A stretch of 64,000 nucleotides of DNA from Harriotta raleighana (Eukaryota), in contig JBNZDD010013717.1 of NCBI GenBank assembly GCA_050575255.1, positions 2,683,351 through 2,747,350 on the forward strand. The letters are read 5' to 3'. How positions within the stretch are numbered: the stretch's first letter is position 1; each line of letters begins with the position of its first letter. Under the pieces are notes generated by a model. The model did no database searches and was not told where the DNA came from. It saw nothing but the letters and a program-made list of their open reading frames with translations. Both the position numbers and the translations under genes were made by a program. This document shows, piece after piece, positions 1 through 9,989 of the stretch.

Positions 1-540
1 AAATAAAAATGACAGTAGTTCCTTTGGGGAAAGAACTGGGAAACAAATCAGAATACAGCACAAAGATTTATAGAGTATATAATGCCTTTAGAAAAATGAG
101 TGTTTGACTCCTAATTGACCTTTGAATATACATAATAGACTCATAATTCAGTTACCTGTATAAGATAGTATATCTGTTACATGAGAATATTTTTTTTTAA
201 TATGTTAAGCCTTTTTAAAAAAAAACTTTTCTGTTTCTTGATTTTCCTACCCATGAATTGTACCCCACATTACCTTGTGGAAGTATGCAGGTAAAAAAAA
301 ATGCAGGTAACTGACTGCCAAGTATCTGTTTATCAGAAGCAGTCACTGTGCACCCATTTATCATTATCAGGGTAAAAAACTAGCAGAGGTCTGCCAAGGT
401 TTGAACAGTTGTGGACAAAATTTTAAAAGTGATAAACAATTTTTCTAAACAGTGCAAAGGAAGCACAAAATAATTATCAAAGCCAAAATACCAACAGCCA
501 GACTGACAATGAGGATTATTAGGACTATGATAAAGATTAG
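1..540 (+). pseudogene. NEPN: Nephrocan (NEPN)-like pseudogene, 3' part (last LRRs, LRRCT cap, acidic tail)
   Basis: 311-445 reads LTAKYLFIRSSHCAPIYHYQGKKLAEVCQGLNSCGQNF. This aligns without gaps to the mouse nephrocan C-terminus as I recall it (LKAKGTDVKGGQCAAPAERQGESWMSSKKILRQCEHHL). Upstream is LFLD..P(W)NCT at about 231-264 (cf. LYLDGNPWNCTC). Downstream is the acidic tail DNEDY*DYDKD* ending at 540. Stops and frameshifts are present. Position just upstream of NUS1 fits the Nepn/NEPNP locus. The 5' boundary is uncertain. Confidence 0.7.
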
Positions 541-1169
541 GAATGACCAAAATTTGAATGGCTTTAAAATACTAATTGCACGTGTGGTGTGACCCATAAC
601 CAAAGGGCTAGATAAAAGTAAACTAAGATATACTTTTCCAAAGTTGGTATTCAGGCTTGTAAGCTTTCCCAGGCTCACTCATTGCTGGAGTCCATCCAAC
701 CCAGCAGTGTGTTCAGCCCCCACCTGTGACCATATGACTGACCTCTATTAAACACACAGCATCGCAGAGCTAAGAATTACAATGGGTGGAAAATTACTGA
801 TTAATCACATGAATGCTTTACAACTGGCTCACATACAAATTGACAAAGTAACTAACACTTGTTTTGAAGTAAAACAAACAATTGTGGTTTCAAAGTAAAC
901 AAACTGTAAGGTCTAAAAAGGAAGAACACTCATTCAGAGGGCATGCTCCCACTTCATAAGCAATAGTCTAGACTGACATTGGTTTTAAACAATTGTGTAG
1001 GTTTTGAATTGCCAACAGCGAGTTAAAGTTTTACTGTACACATTCATATTTATTCGATTCTGATACCCAACTCAGGAATGGGGCTTAAATCCAACAGTTG
1101 AGACTTGTACAATAAGAATACCTCAGTTGGTTTTGATGCATCATTGGTGTGCAAGCATTCAGGCATTCT

Positions 1170-1400
1170 GCCCCCAACCTCTGAATTCCATCCCACATTC
1201 CTCTGCCTCGCCCCATACCTAGTGTCCTTCAAGTCCAGCTTCAAAACCTCCCCTTCAACGGTGCCATCAGTCACCCTACTTCCCCTCCCTTCCCTCCATG
1301 ATCCAGACCCCAGCTCGGTTCTGAAACTTTGACTGTCCAGCACTTTGGGATGTCCTCCTGATGCGAAATGTGCTATACAAATGTAATTTTGTTGTTGATG
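1170..1400 (+). mobile_element. L2 LINE 3' fragment
   Basis: Contains ctgcccccaacctctgaattccatccc and the family tail ctgtccagcactttgggatgtcctcctgatgcgaaatgtgctatacaaatgtaattttgttgttg, which recurs across the window. Confidence 0.75.
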
Positions 1401-1517
1401 CAGAAACTAAATTGTGCCTAGACTTGCAGTACAGCCCAATTCTGTTGAAAGGTGATATCATGTGTGCTTACAGTGTGGGTAGGCTGTGGGCTCATATGCC
1501 AAAAGTGTAGTAGTATA

Positions 1518-1712
1518 TCATAGAATTATATGGAACAGAAGAAAGCCATTCGGACTATCATGCCTGTGCCTGTTCTTTGAAAAGAGTTGTCCAAATCAAT
1601 CCCACTCCCCCGGTCTCTCCCCATTAGCCCAACAAACTTGTCCTCCTCCAGCGTCTTGGGACGTCCTCCCGACGTAAAAGGCGCTCTATAAATGTAATAT
1701 TGTTGTTGTTAT
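1518..1712. mobile_element. CR1 3' end (minus, about 1518-1630) followed by an L2 tail (plus, about 1645-1712)
   Basis: catagaattatatggaacagaagaaagccattcggactatc matches the CR1 end at 35497 and 51401. cagcgtcttgggacgtcctcccgacgtaaaaggcgctctataaatgtaatattgttgttg is the L2 tail. Confidence 0.7.
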
Positions 1713-1735
1713 TAACTTGCCAGCTAACTTAGCAT

Positions 1736-1915
1736 GTGAGTCAATGTTTTGAGTCCACGATCCTTCGTCAGAACTGGGTCCAGTTCTGATGAAGGGTCAT
1801 GGACCCGAAACGTTAACTCACTTTTTCTTTATAGGTGCTGGAGGACTTGATGAGTGTTCCCAGTGATTTCTGTTTTTTTCAGATTTCCTGCATCTTCAGT
1901 ATTTTGCATTTTTGC
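1736..1915 (+). mobile_element. Penelope-like element terminal remnant with inverted duplication
   Basis: 42-bp inverted arms (1736-1777 and 1780-1821) carrying the hammerhead motif, followed by a pLTR-like tail (gtgctggaggacttgatgagtgttcccagtgatttctgttt...cagatttcctgcatcttcagtattttgc). Confidence 0.7.
1782..1818 (+). ncRNA. Minimal type I hammerhead ribozyme motif (Penelope-associated)
   Basis: AGUU (stem I) - CUGAUGA - A - GGGUC aug GACCC (stem II) - GAAA - CG - UU - AACU (stem I partner). Stem III is reduced to the palindromic ACGU. Activity is untested. Confidence 0.7.
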
Positions 1916-2097
1916 TTAACTTATCTCATGGTCTTCTCACAGCAAGACAACCAGTCAAAACTGGAGCTGACAACAGCAATAACATGACAACACAGAAGTG
2001 GGACCAGTGAACATTTTTATTCCAAACAATTATACATACTGTTGTAATCGGTTGAAACTGTATACTCCACATTCACCAAAAATTATCAACTTGAATA

Positions 2098-2440
2098 AAT
2101 AATAATTCTTGCATTTGATATAGCGCCTTATCACATCTTCTAGATGTCTCAAAGTGCTTCACAGAATATACTGTAAAGTGCATTGACTGTATATTTTGTG
2201 CGCAAACCACAGCAGCCAGTATCCCCAAAACAGTCGTGGATTGAACTGACCAATTTTTTTTNCTGTAAAGTGCATTGACTGTATATTTTGTGCGCAAACC
2301 ACAGCAGCCAGTGTCCCAAAAACAGTCGTGGATTGAACTGACCAATTTTTTTTGACGCATTATTATCAGGGGCGTGGAGCAAGGAAATTTGCCCAAGGTT
2401 TCACTCTGCCAGGAATTGAAATGAATTCTCTCACTTGTAA
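2098..2440 (-). mobile_element. tRNA-derived SINE (short family); internal duplication at n2262 is likely artefactual
   Basis: Reverse complement of the SINE at 44245-44560, with (AAT)n tail and ttgcatttgatatagcgcc. Confidence 0.8.
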
Positions 2441-2899
2441 GATTTATACTTAGGAGTAAGATTTATAATCAAGAATCCACTTAAAAAAAACTTCTCATGC
2501 TTTGCCCCCCCATCGAGTATGTATTAAACTATTAGAATCACTAATATTAGATTCCATTGTCAGGATTGAGTCGCTGGATGAGGTGAGAAAAGTTCTGCTC
2601 TCAAGTCCCAATGCAACTTCTTCACTTGCTTCCATCCCACATTCAAAACCATCTTTTTACCCCAAATTCAGCCATTGTTGTTCAACGCTTTCACCCAGCA
2701 CCTTGACTTCTCAACCCCCACCCACGATACCCCAATCCACACCATCGATTGACCGCACTACTCAGTTCCTCCACTCCCCACCCTCGGTTCTCCCCCCCAC
2801 AACTCCCCACCCTCAGCTCCTCTTCCCACCCTCAGCTCCTCTCCTCACTCCTCAGCTCTTCCCCCACCCCCACAGCTCTATTCCACCCGCCCCCCCCCC

Positions 2900-3120
2900 C
2901 AACAAGGTTTGTGACGTCACTTGAGTGTGACGTGTCAGACACAGACCATCCGGAATCACAGACCACGTGATTCCGGACTCAGCCCTGGGGGGGGGGGGGG
3001 CGGGGCCTGTGACGCGGCGCGAACGAGAACCAATCGCCTGGCTCCATGTCTTGTGGCCGGGGTCATGGGGTCACAGCGAGGAGAAGATGGCGGCCGGCGT
3101 GTTGAGGAGTTGGCAGTGAC
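2900..3120 (+). promoter_or_regulatory. NUS1 promoter at the 5' edge of the CpG island
   Basis: CRE palindrome GTGACGTCAC 2911-2920; TGACGTGT 2928-2935; E-box CACGTG 2964-2969; GC box near 2995-3006; CCAAT 3030-3034; YY1-type AAGATGGCGGC 3084-3094. CpG-rich sequence extends to about 4140. Confidence 0.7.
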
Positions 3121-3319
3121 TGACTGAGAGGAGTGTAACTCCTGAGCTCACCACCCTCCCCACCCCCGCCTCCACACCCCTTCTTCCCGCTCCAAATGAA
3201 AACATTTTTCTTTTATAAAAAAAATAGGGGTAAAAATAGTCATTTCGACTCTTTCCTCCCACCTTTTCCCGTCCTGAGGGGGTGAGTGAATGTGAGACAC
3301 ATTAGTGCCTGGGTAGTAC

Positions 3320-3680
3320 TTTTCGAGGGAGATAGTGGGAGAGAGAGACAGTGAGAGAGACAGCGAGAGAGATAGTAGGGAAGACAGAGAGGGAGAGAGA
3401 TAGTTGGGGGGAAAAAACTAACAGAGATATTGGCGGAGAGGGAAAGAGAGAGGGAGAGGGGGGGAGAGAGAGGGAGAGGGGGGGAGAGAGAGAGAGGGGG
3501 GGGGGGNNNNNNNNNNNNNNNGAGAGGGGGGGGGGTGGGTGTGTGGGGGGGCTGGATTGCTACTCCTGACGGGCAGATAATATAAGATAAGAACAAGCGT
3601 GCGAGAGATAGCGAGTGCACTAGTGACTGAGAGGGAGATTTGACAGTGTGAGTGAGTGGAGGGAGGGAGGGAGGGAGTGA
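3320..3680 (+). repeat. GA-rich low-complexity tract with a small gap
   Basis: (GA)n, (GGGAGA)n and (GGGA)n runs are directly visible. Confidence 0.85.
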
Positions 3681-3710
3681 GGCAGTCCCATGTCTCAGTG
3701 AGGCCCGGCC

Positions 3711-4032
3711 ATGCCTGTGCTGGAGCTGCTGTGGCGGGCTCTGCACGCCCTGCTGGCGCTCCGCAGGGCGGCGGCCTCGTGGCTGCGCGGTGGAATGCGG
3801 GCCTGGGAGCGATGGAACTCGGCCCTGGCGCTGGCGTTCCAGGGCGCGCGGAGGAACAAGCGGAGGAGCCAGGCCGCGCGCTGCCGCTCGGACTCGCGCC
3901 GCCTCAGGAAGCTGCCGCTGCACCTGGGTGTGTTGGTGGCCGACGAGGAGCCCAGCTACACCGACATCGCCAGCCTGGTGGTCTGGTGCATGGCCATGGG
4001 CATCTCCTATGTCAGCGTCTATGACAGCCAAG
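3711..4032 (+). CDS. NUS1: NUS1 (NgBR, dehydrodolichyl diphosphate synthase complex subunit) exon 1
   Basis: MPVLELLWRALHALL...[41 protein letters not shown](G) matches the NUS1 N-terminus (human ...KLPVHMGLV...[29 protein letters not shown]). Start context gccATGc; donor AAG|GTAAGG, phase 1. Confidence 0.96.
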
Positions 4033-4047
4033 GTAAGGGGCTGCTGC

Positions 4048-4440
4048 CCGACCGAAAGGGGTGGACCCGAAACGTTTGACTCGGCTCTTCCCGCGGGTCT
4101 CCGCGGAGGCTGCCGGACTTGCTGAGTTTCCCCCCAGCGACTTCTCTTGTCTCTCTGGGTTGTGTGTGTCTGTGNNNNNNNNNNNNNNNNNNNNNNNNNN
4201 NNNNNNNNNNNNNNNNNNNNNNNNNNNNNNNNNNNNNNNNNNNNNNNNNNNNNNNNNNNNNNNNNNNNNNNNNNNNNNNNNNNNNNNNNNNNNNNNNNNN
4301 NNNNNNNNNNNNNNNNNNNNNNNNNNNNNNNNNNNNNNNNNNNNNNNNNNNNNNNNNNNNNNNNNNNNNNTGGTGTGTGTCTTGTGTGTGTGTGTGTTTT
4401 TGTCAGATTCCCGACATCTGTAGTATTTTGTGTTTTTTTT
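4048..4440 (+). mobile_element. Degenerate Penelope/hammerhead remnant at the start of NUS1 intron 1, interrupted by (TG)n and a gap
   Basis: tggacccgaaacgtt (4062-4076) is identical to 1800-1814. ggacttgctgagtttccccccagcgacttct and tcagattcccgacatctgtagtattttg parallel 1844-1907. Confidence 0.65.
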
Positions 4441-4959
4441 ATATATAAAAAGGAAGTGGCCTTGCTACGGGCAGAGCAGAGTGTGCAATGGGTTGCACAG
4501 ATTTATTTATTTAAGATTGTTTTATTCCCAGCCTACTCCAATCTGGAGGAATAATCATCATTGGCGCAAGTGATCGCCCCATCCTATAGTGAACTTTAGG
4601 GTGTTCAGGACTTATTTAAGTCCAGAGTTTCAATGTGACAAGATTTGCTGGACTATAAACGAACGCTTTTGCGTCCGATTTTCAAATTTGTGAGTTCAGC
4701 TTTGAAGTCTTGAAAAATCTCAGTTGGGAATTATCCCGTGGGAGCACATTCAAAGGGGCTGGGATGTCTTGAAAGAGAAAGATGGCTTAATCCTTTGGGT
4801 GTGACTCTTTTCACCCGAAATGCCACAAATGCATTTTTCTTATTGCTTTAAAAGAGGGATGATTGTAGGGCAATTACACGATTTATACCTCATAGAATTT
4901 GGTTCTAAAGAAGGATCAGCAAGGCCTTAGGGAATTTCATCATATGACTTCCATTGTAC

Positions 4960-5290
4960 TATGTTCTATCGGGTGTTTGATGGACACCAGGGCCTGGATG
5001 ATTGCAAATTTTCTGCAGCTCAATGTCGCAAGACGGAAACCATACTGTTTGACTCTCGCCAATGTCTCCCCTATAGGTCTGAACTCCTCAATCTCCCTGG
5101 CCTCTCCCTTAGACTCACTGAACATGTGCACAACTTGGGCATTAGGTTCGATCCCCAGCTTTCCTTTCCATCATATATTCGTTCCCTCCCTACCTGCTTT
5201 GCTTCCCCCCTCATTCCTCCACCGCTGGCTCCAGCCTCCTGTTCATCCATCGTCCCCTCCGGTCCACCATCAGTGGCCGTGCCTTATCAT
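4960..5290 (+). mobile_element. L2 LINE ORF2 fragment (degenerate)
   Basis: WMIANFLQLN, then KTETILF and VHNLGIRFDPQLSFPSYI in shifted frames, typical of the region C-terminal to the L2 RT. Confidence 0.8.
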
Positions 5291-6637
5291 ATCTTCGAGA
5301 CGTCTCAAAGCGCATCACAGAATACCTGTATATTGTAAAGTGAAGTCACTGTGTCTTGGTTTAATGTCTCATTGACAATGCAGCACATTAGATCAAAATT
5401 ATAGTTTGCATACATTCAAATTTGAAAAGAAACACCATCTAAACATTTCTTAGATTTTTCAAAAAAAGATATAGTTTCTTTGTACATTTTTTTTTACTGG
5501 TTTGCTGAAAAGGCGGCTATAATGGGCTCTGCAGATCTATGGGGCCAAAACTCTCCCGACCTCCAAGTATTATGTAAATTGGAGAAATATGTAGATTATG
5601 GATTCTGTCACCTTTGAGGTGAAATTTAATTAAAGCTGAAAACTCAATATCGAGTACATTGCATTGACAGAATAATTACAATTGACACCCCCTACTGTTT
5701 ATCAGTAAAACTAAAATTATTTCTTGAACCTGCCCTTTTTATGTCCCTGGAGTTCTTCTAGGAAAGGTTGAGCATTTTAGTGGGACTGATATAATGGCAA
5801 TATAATAATAATCCTTGCGTTTGAAATAGTGTTTTATCATGTCTTCAAGACGTCTCAAAGCGCGTTGCAGAATATCTTGTAAAGCAAATTGACTATTTTG
5901 TGGGTGAAACTACAATATAATAAACGGGTTGAAAAGTGGGTTTATTAATGCTACATAACAATGGTCCGTTGTGTATTTATACAATGAGGGAATCTGTCCA
6001 GTCTAATCTCAGGTTATTTGTTTGTTCTTAGTGTTTATTTAACTCTGGTAACTTGCACAATCTACCAGTGTGACAGAAATATAAGTGACTGAAAGTAGGT
6101 TAAGAATATAGAGCAATTGTAGACTGGCCTACTTTATTTTCATTCTGCAATATGCTATTTTTTCTTATTTTGCTAAGTACTGAAAATGTTCTTTCTTTGG
6201 TCAATATTTAAGCACAATTTGCATTTCTGAAGATCTGTGTGTGTACAGAAAATCACAGCTGCTGCACAACTGGAAATTCAATCAGTAGTTTCTATAGTAT
6301 ATTCAGCAAAGACTTTGGATACTTTATTTAAGGCGCCTGAATAAATCACTGGTAGTTTAGCCTATCTGAAAGTAATCCAGTAGAAATGTTTTGTGTGTGT
6401 CTGCTTGTTTATTTTACCCTTTTGTGGGATTGGGTAAAGATAGTTTTTTTTTAAACGATTCAAAATACAATCTGCTTTTTCCTTTTTATATAGTATTTTA
6501 AAAGTATACTGGTAAATGATTGACATCACAGTCCTAATTCCTCAATCTGCTGCAGTTGGAGGTTCAATTTCAAATTCACTGACGTATTATGCTCTGAGTA
6601 ATTGTTTCTCTTTGGCCCCAACATCTATAATATAATA

Positions 6638-7307
6638 CAGTAAAACCTCTTTTATCCGTGACTCGATGAAGCGGAAAACCCGTTGGACCGGAACCTCGGG
6701 GAAAAAAAGTCCTGATTCGATAAACCGGAAGTTATCCTGCAAAATAGTGAAGACACATTTAATGAATCGATTGTGGCACGCGAGTACTGGCGCAGATACT
6801 CGGTTGGCCACTCGTCGCGTCTAAATTTGAAATATCTGCCGTTTTTTAAAAAAAGTTGCCGTTTTGATTTCTCCTCAATGCTGCGAAGTTAAGTATAGAT
6901 AATAAAGTACTAATATAATCTGTTATTATAGTATCTTATTAGTGCATTTAGTCTATTATTTATGTAGTATTAACATTTATAATAAAATAGCCATACAATA
7001 TTCTGTTATTACAGTATCTGTCATTACTATATTTACTCTATTACTTATATGGTACAGTGTACAACATTTATAATAAATACCCATAATATTGTTATTATCT
7101 GTTATTATTTAGTCTGTTATGAATATGGTATGATTTAATAATTTTTATTTAATTAAAAAAAATAATNTAATATTGTTATTATCTGTTATTATTTAGTCTG
7201 TTATTAATATGGTATGATTTAATAATTTTTATTTAATTTTTTTAAAAAAAAATCTGTTCAACCGGAAAACCAGGTCCTGTGGGTGCCGGATAAACGGGGT
7301 TTTATTG
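6638..7307 (+). mobile_element. pogo/Tigger-like (Tc1-mariner) non-autonomous DNA transposon (MITE), copy A
   Basis: TA + CAGTAAAACCTCTTTTATCCG ... CCGGATAAACGGGGTTTTATTG imperfect TIRs around an AT-rich interior. Confidence 0.75.
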
Positions 7308-7733
7308 GAATCCTTGCATTTGATATAGCACTTTTCACGTCTTCCAGATAACTCAAAGCGCTTCATGGAATATACTGTAAAGTGAGTTGATTGTATATGT
7401 GGGCGAAAACTTTAGTTTTCTTAAACTCCCAACTTACCCCAAACTCCTATACTAAACTCCACACATCCATTACCCTAGTCCTTACCTGGCTCTCTTTCCT
7501 AGTGGAATGATTTTGCCCTCTCCTATAGTCTTTTCATGACCTAGCACTTTGGTATCTCTCCAATCTCCCGTTTTTCCAATCAGAATTAATATACACTGGT
7601 CACTGTGGGTCAAAAGGAAGGTTAGCTTCAGTACAATTGTATCAGATACTGTATTAAAAGGGATGGCATTTCTTAATACATAATATCCGGTAATTAAGTT
7701 TCCTTTTGGTTTCCTACCAGTGGAAATACCATA

Positions 7734-8587
7734 CAATAAAACCTCATTTATCTGGCACCCACGGGACTGGTTAAACAGATTTCTGGTTGAACGTGATTTT
7801 AATTTTTTTTTAAAATATGATTTTTAAAACAAACTAAAAATTATTTTAACACATGCAATATTAATAACAGACTAAATGATAACAGAATATTGTATTAATA
7901 CTTTATTATTTATACTTAACTTTGCAACGGCAGCACTGATTCGACGGAGGTAAAACAAAATGCGACTTTTAAAAGGAGCAGCAGCAAGTTTAGACCTGAC
8001 TAGTGCCCAGCAGACACGCGCACACAGACACGCGCGCACACGGACACGCGCGGATACGCACGCACACGGACGCGCGCGCGCGCAGTCACATGCGCACAGA
8101 CACACACGAGCACACCCCCAAAGATATTCATTCTGAATCCATCATAAATTCTGTCCACAACCCTGACCTCTCACCCCACCTCTCCCTTTCCTCTCTCTCT
8201 ACATCAACCTGTCTGCATCACTCTCTCTCTCTCCATTATACTTTCCCCCATCTCTCTCTCCCTTACCTCCACCTCTCCATTTCCCTCCCCACCTCTCCCT
8301 CTCCCTCTCTCTCTCTGTTTCCCCCCTCCCTCCCCCCCTCTCTCTCTGGCTGCTCCTACAGCAGTATTTATTATGTATACTTAACTTCGCAATGGCAGCA
8401 CTCATCCGAACGAGGTTAAAAAAAAGCGACTTTTAAAAGGAGCAGGAACGAGTTTGGACCCGACATTAAACGCGTCATCACTATTTACCAGATAACTTCC
8501 GGTTCATCGAATCGGGACTTTTTTTTTGAGGTGGAGGTTCAACGGGTTTTCCGGTTCATCGAGTCATGGATAAACAAGGTTTTACTG
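7734..8587 (-). mobile_element. Same MITE family, copy B, inverted relative to copy A
   Basis: TA-CAATAAAACCTCATTTATCTGGCACCCACGGGAC ... GAGTCATGGATAAACAAGGTTTTACTG-TA. Its ends are reverse complements of copy A's ends. An internal duplication of about 100 bp (about 7900-8000 and 8365-8465) flanks CA/CG and CT microsatellites. Confidence 0.75.
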
Positions 8588-8621
8588 TATAAGGTTTTAT
8601 TCTCTTGTTGCAGCTGTTAGC

Positions 8622-8915
8622 TAATAATAATCCTTGCATTTGATATAGCGCTTTCATGTCTTCTAGATGTCCCAAAGCGCTTCACAAAATATACTTTAAA
8701 GTGAATTAACTGTATATTGTGAGTGAAACGCAGCAGTCAATTGCGAATACCATTGACCCACAAATAGTTGTGGATTGAAATTACAATTTTTTTTTGAGGG
8801 ATTATTATTCGGTGTGGAGTAAGTGAATTTGCCCAAGGTTTCGCCCTGCCAGGAATCGAACCCAAGTCTCTCGCTTGTAAGGCGAATGCTCTAACTACTG
8901 AACTACAGGATGCCA
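8622..8915 (-). mobile_element. Full-length tRNA-derived SINE (short family)
   Basis: Minus strand: tcctgtagttcagtagttagagca (A box), gggttcgattcc (B box), Deu-like 3' part, (ATT)n tail. Confidence 0.88.
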
Positions 8916-9115
8916 CGTTTCAGAAAGTAGGTTTGAACTGAAAGACTTCTGCCTGAGATTTCACAAATTTTTAAAATTAAGTTTCTAATTAAATCCAGAT
9001 CACATTATGTGTAATCTGTTCTGCCCTTTTCGCAACATCACTTGCCATTTTTGAATTCATTCTATATAAGATTTGATTACTTGTCATTTCTAACCTTCAG
9101 TTACGATTTCAGAAA

Positions 9116-9310
9116 ATAGTAAAACCTTGGTTATCTGGCACCCACGGGACCTGGCCAGTGGCGGTTAACAGACTAAATAATAACATAATAACAGTATTGT
9201 ATGGGTATTTATTGTAAATGTTGTACCAGGCGAACCAATTCACTCCCACCCTCTNATAATAACATAATAACAGTATTGTATGGGTATTTATTGTAAATGT
9301 TGTACATTGT
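9116..9310 (-). mobile_element. Truncated third copy of the MITE family
   Basis: tagtaaaaccttggttatctggcacccacgggacc matches the start of copy B. Confidence 0.6.
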
Positions 9311-9329
9311 TGTACACATTTTCTCTCCC

Positions 9330-9785
9330 GCACCAGGCTCCGCGAACCAATTCACTCCCACCCTCTCCCATCCCCCAGAGGATCGAATTCAAGATCCTCA
9401 TCCTCACCTTCCAGGTCATTCACGGTCTTGCCCCTGCCTATCTCTCTGACCTGCTGACTCCCTATCACCCTCCACTTCCCCTCCGTTCAGCAGACTCTGG
9501 CCTGATTCATGTCCACCGCCCTACCATTGTTGGCTGGGCTTTCAGCTTCTCTGGTCCCACACTATGGAACTCCTTTCGCCTCCTCCCTTTCCTCCTTCAA
9601 AGCCGGTCTCAAGACCTTCCTCTTCAACTGTGCCTTCTGCTCCCCTCCTAACTCTTCCCCCTCTCCTTCCCCTTCCTGCTACTCTAACCCCCCATCCTGC
9701 TCTGGTCCCGACCTAATTGTTCAGCGCCTTGGGACGTCCTCCCGACATGAAAGGCCCTCTATAAATGTAATTTTGTTGTTGTTGT
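9330..9785 (+). mobile_element. L2 LINE 3' fragment
   Basis: PIPQRIEFKILILTFQVIHGLAPAYLSDLLTPYHPPLPLRSADSGL (L2 ORF2 C-terminus) plus the tail ending (TTG)n. Confidence 0.9.
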
Positions 9786-9989
9786 ATTCCACATTTACTA
9801 TTTGTTAATCGTGAAGTTCTAGGAAACTACAACTTCAATGACTTAGTGTAATTTTGTAATCTGATAATTTCTTGTTTGTCTGTAAGATATGAACATACAC
9901 TAAAACATGTTTACACCATTCTCACTCTTCCTGATTTTAAGAAAATATCTGGTAGCTGTGATTTTAGCCACGATTACCTAAATCTGTGA

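Noticed and set aside
445-678. 77-aa hydrophobic minus-strand ORF resembling a membrane peptide
   Set aside because: Non-ATG start and antisense to the A-rich NEPN tail, which by itself yields I/L/F/V-rich translations.
2502-4125. Several overlapping ORFs (2502-2924, 3240-4031 minus, 3652-4125, 3656-4024)
   Set aside because: Products of low-complexity or GC-rich CpG-island sequence and alternative frames of NUS1 exon 1.
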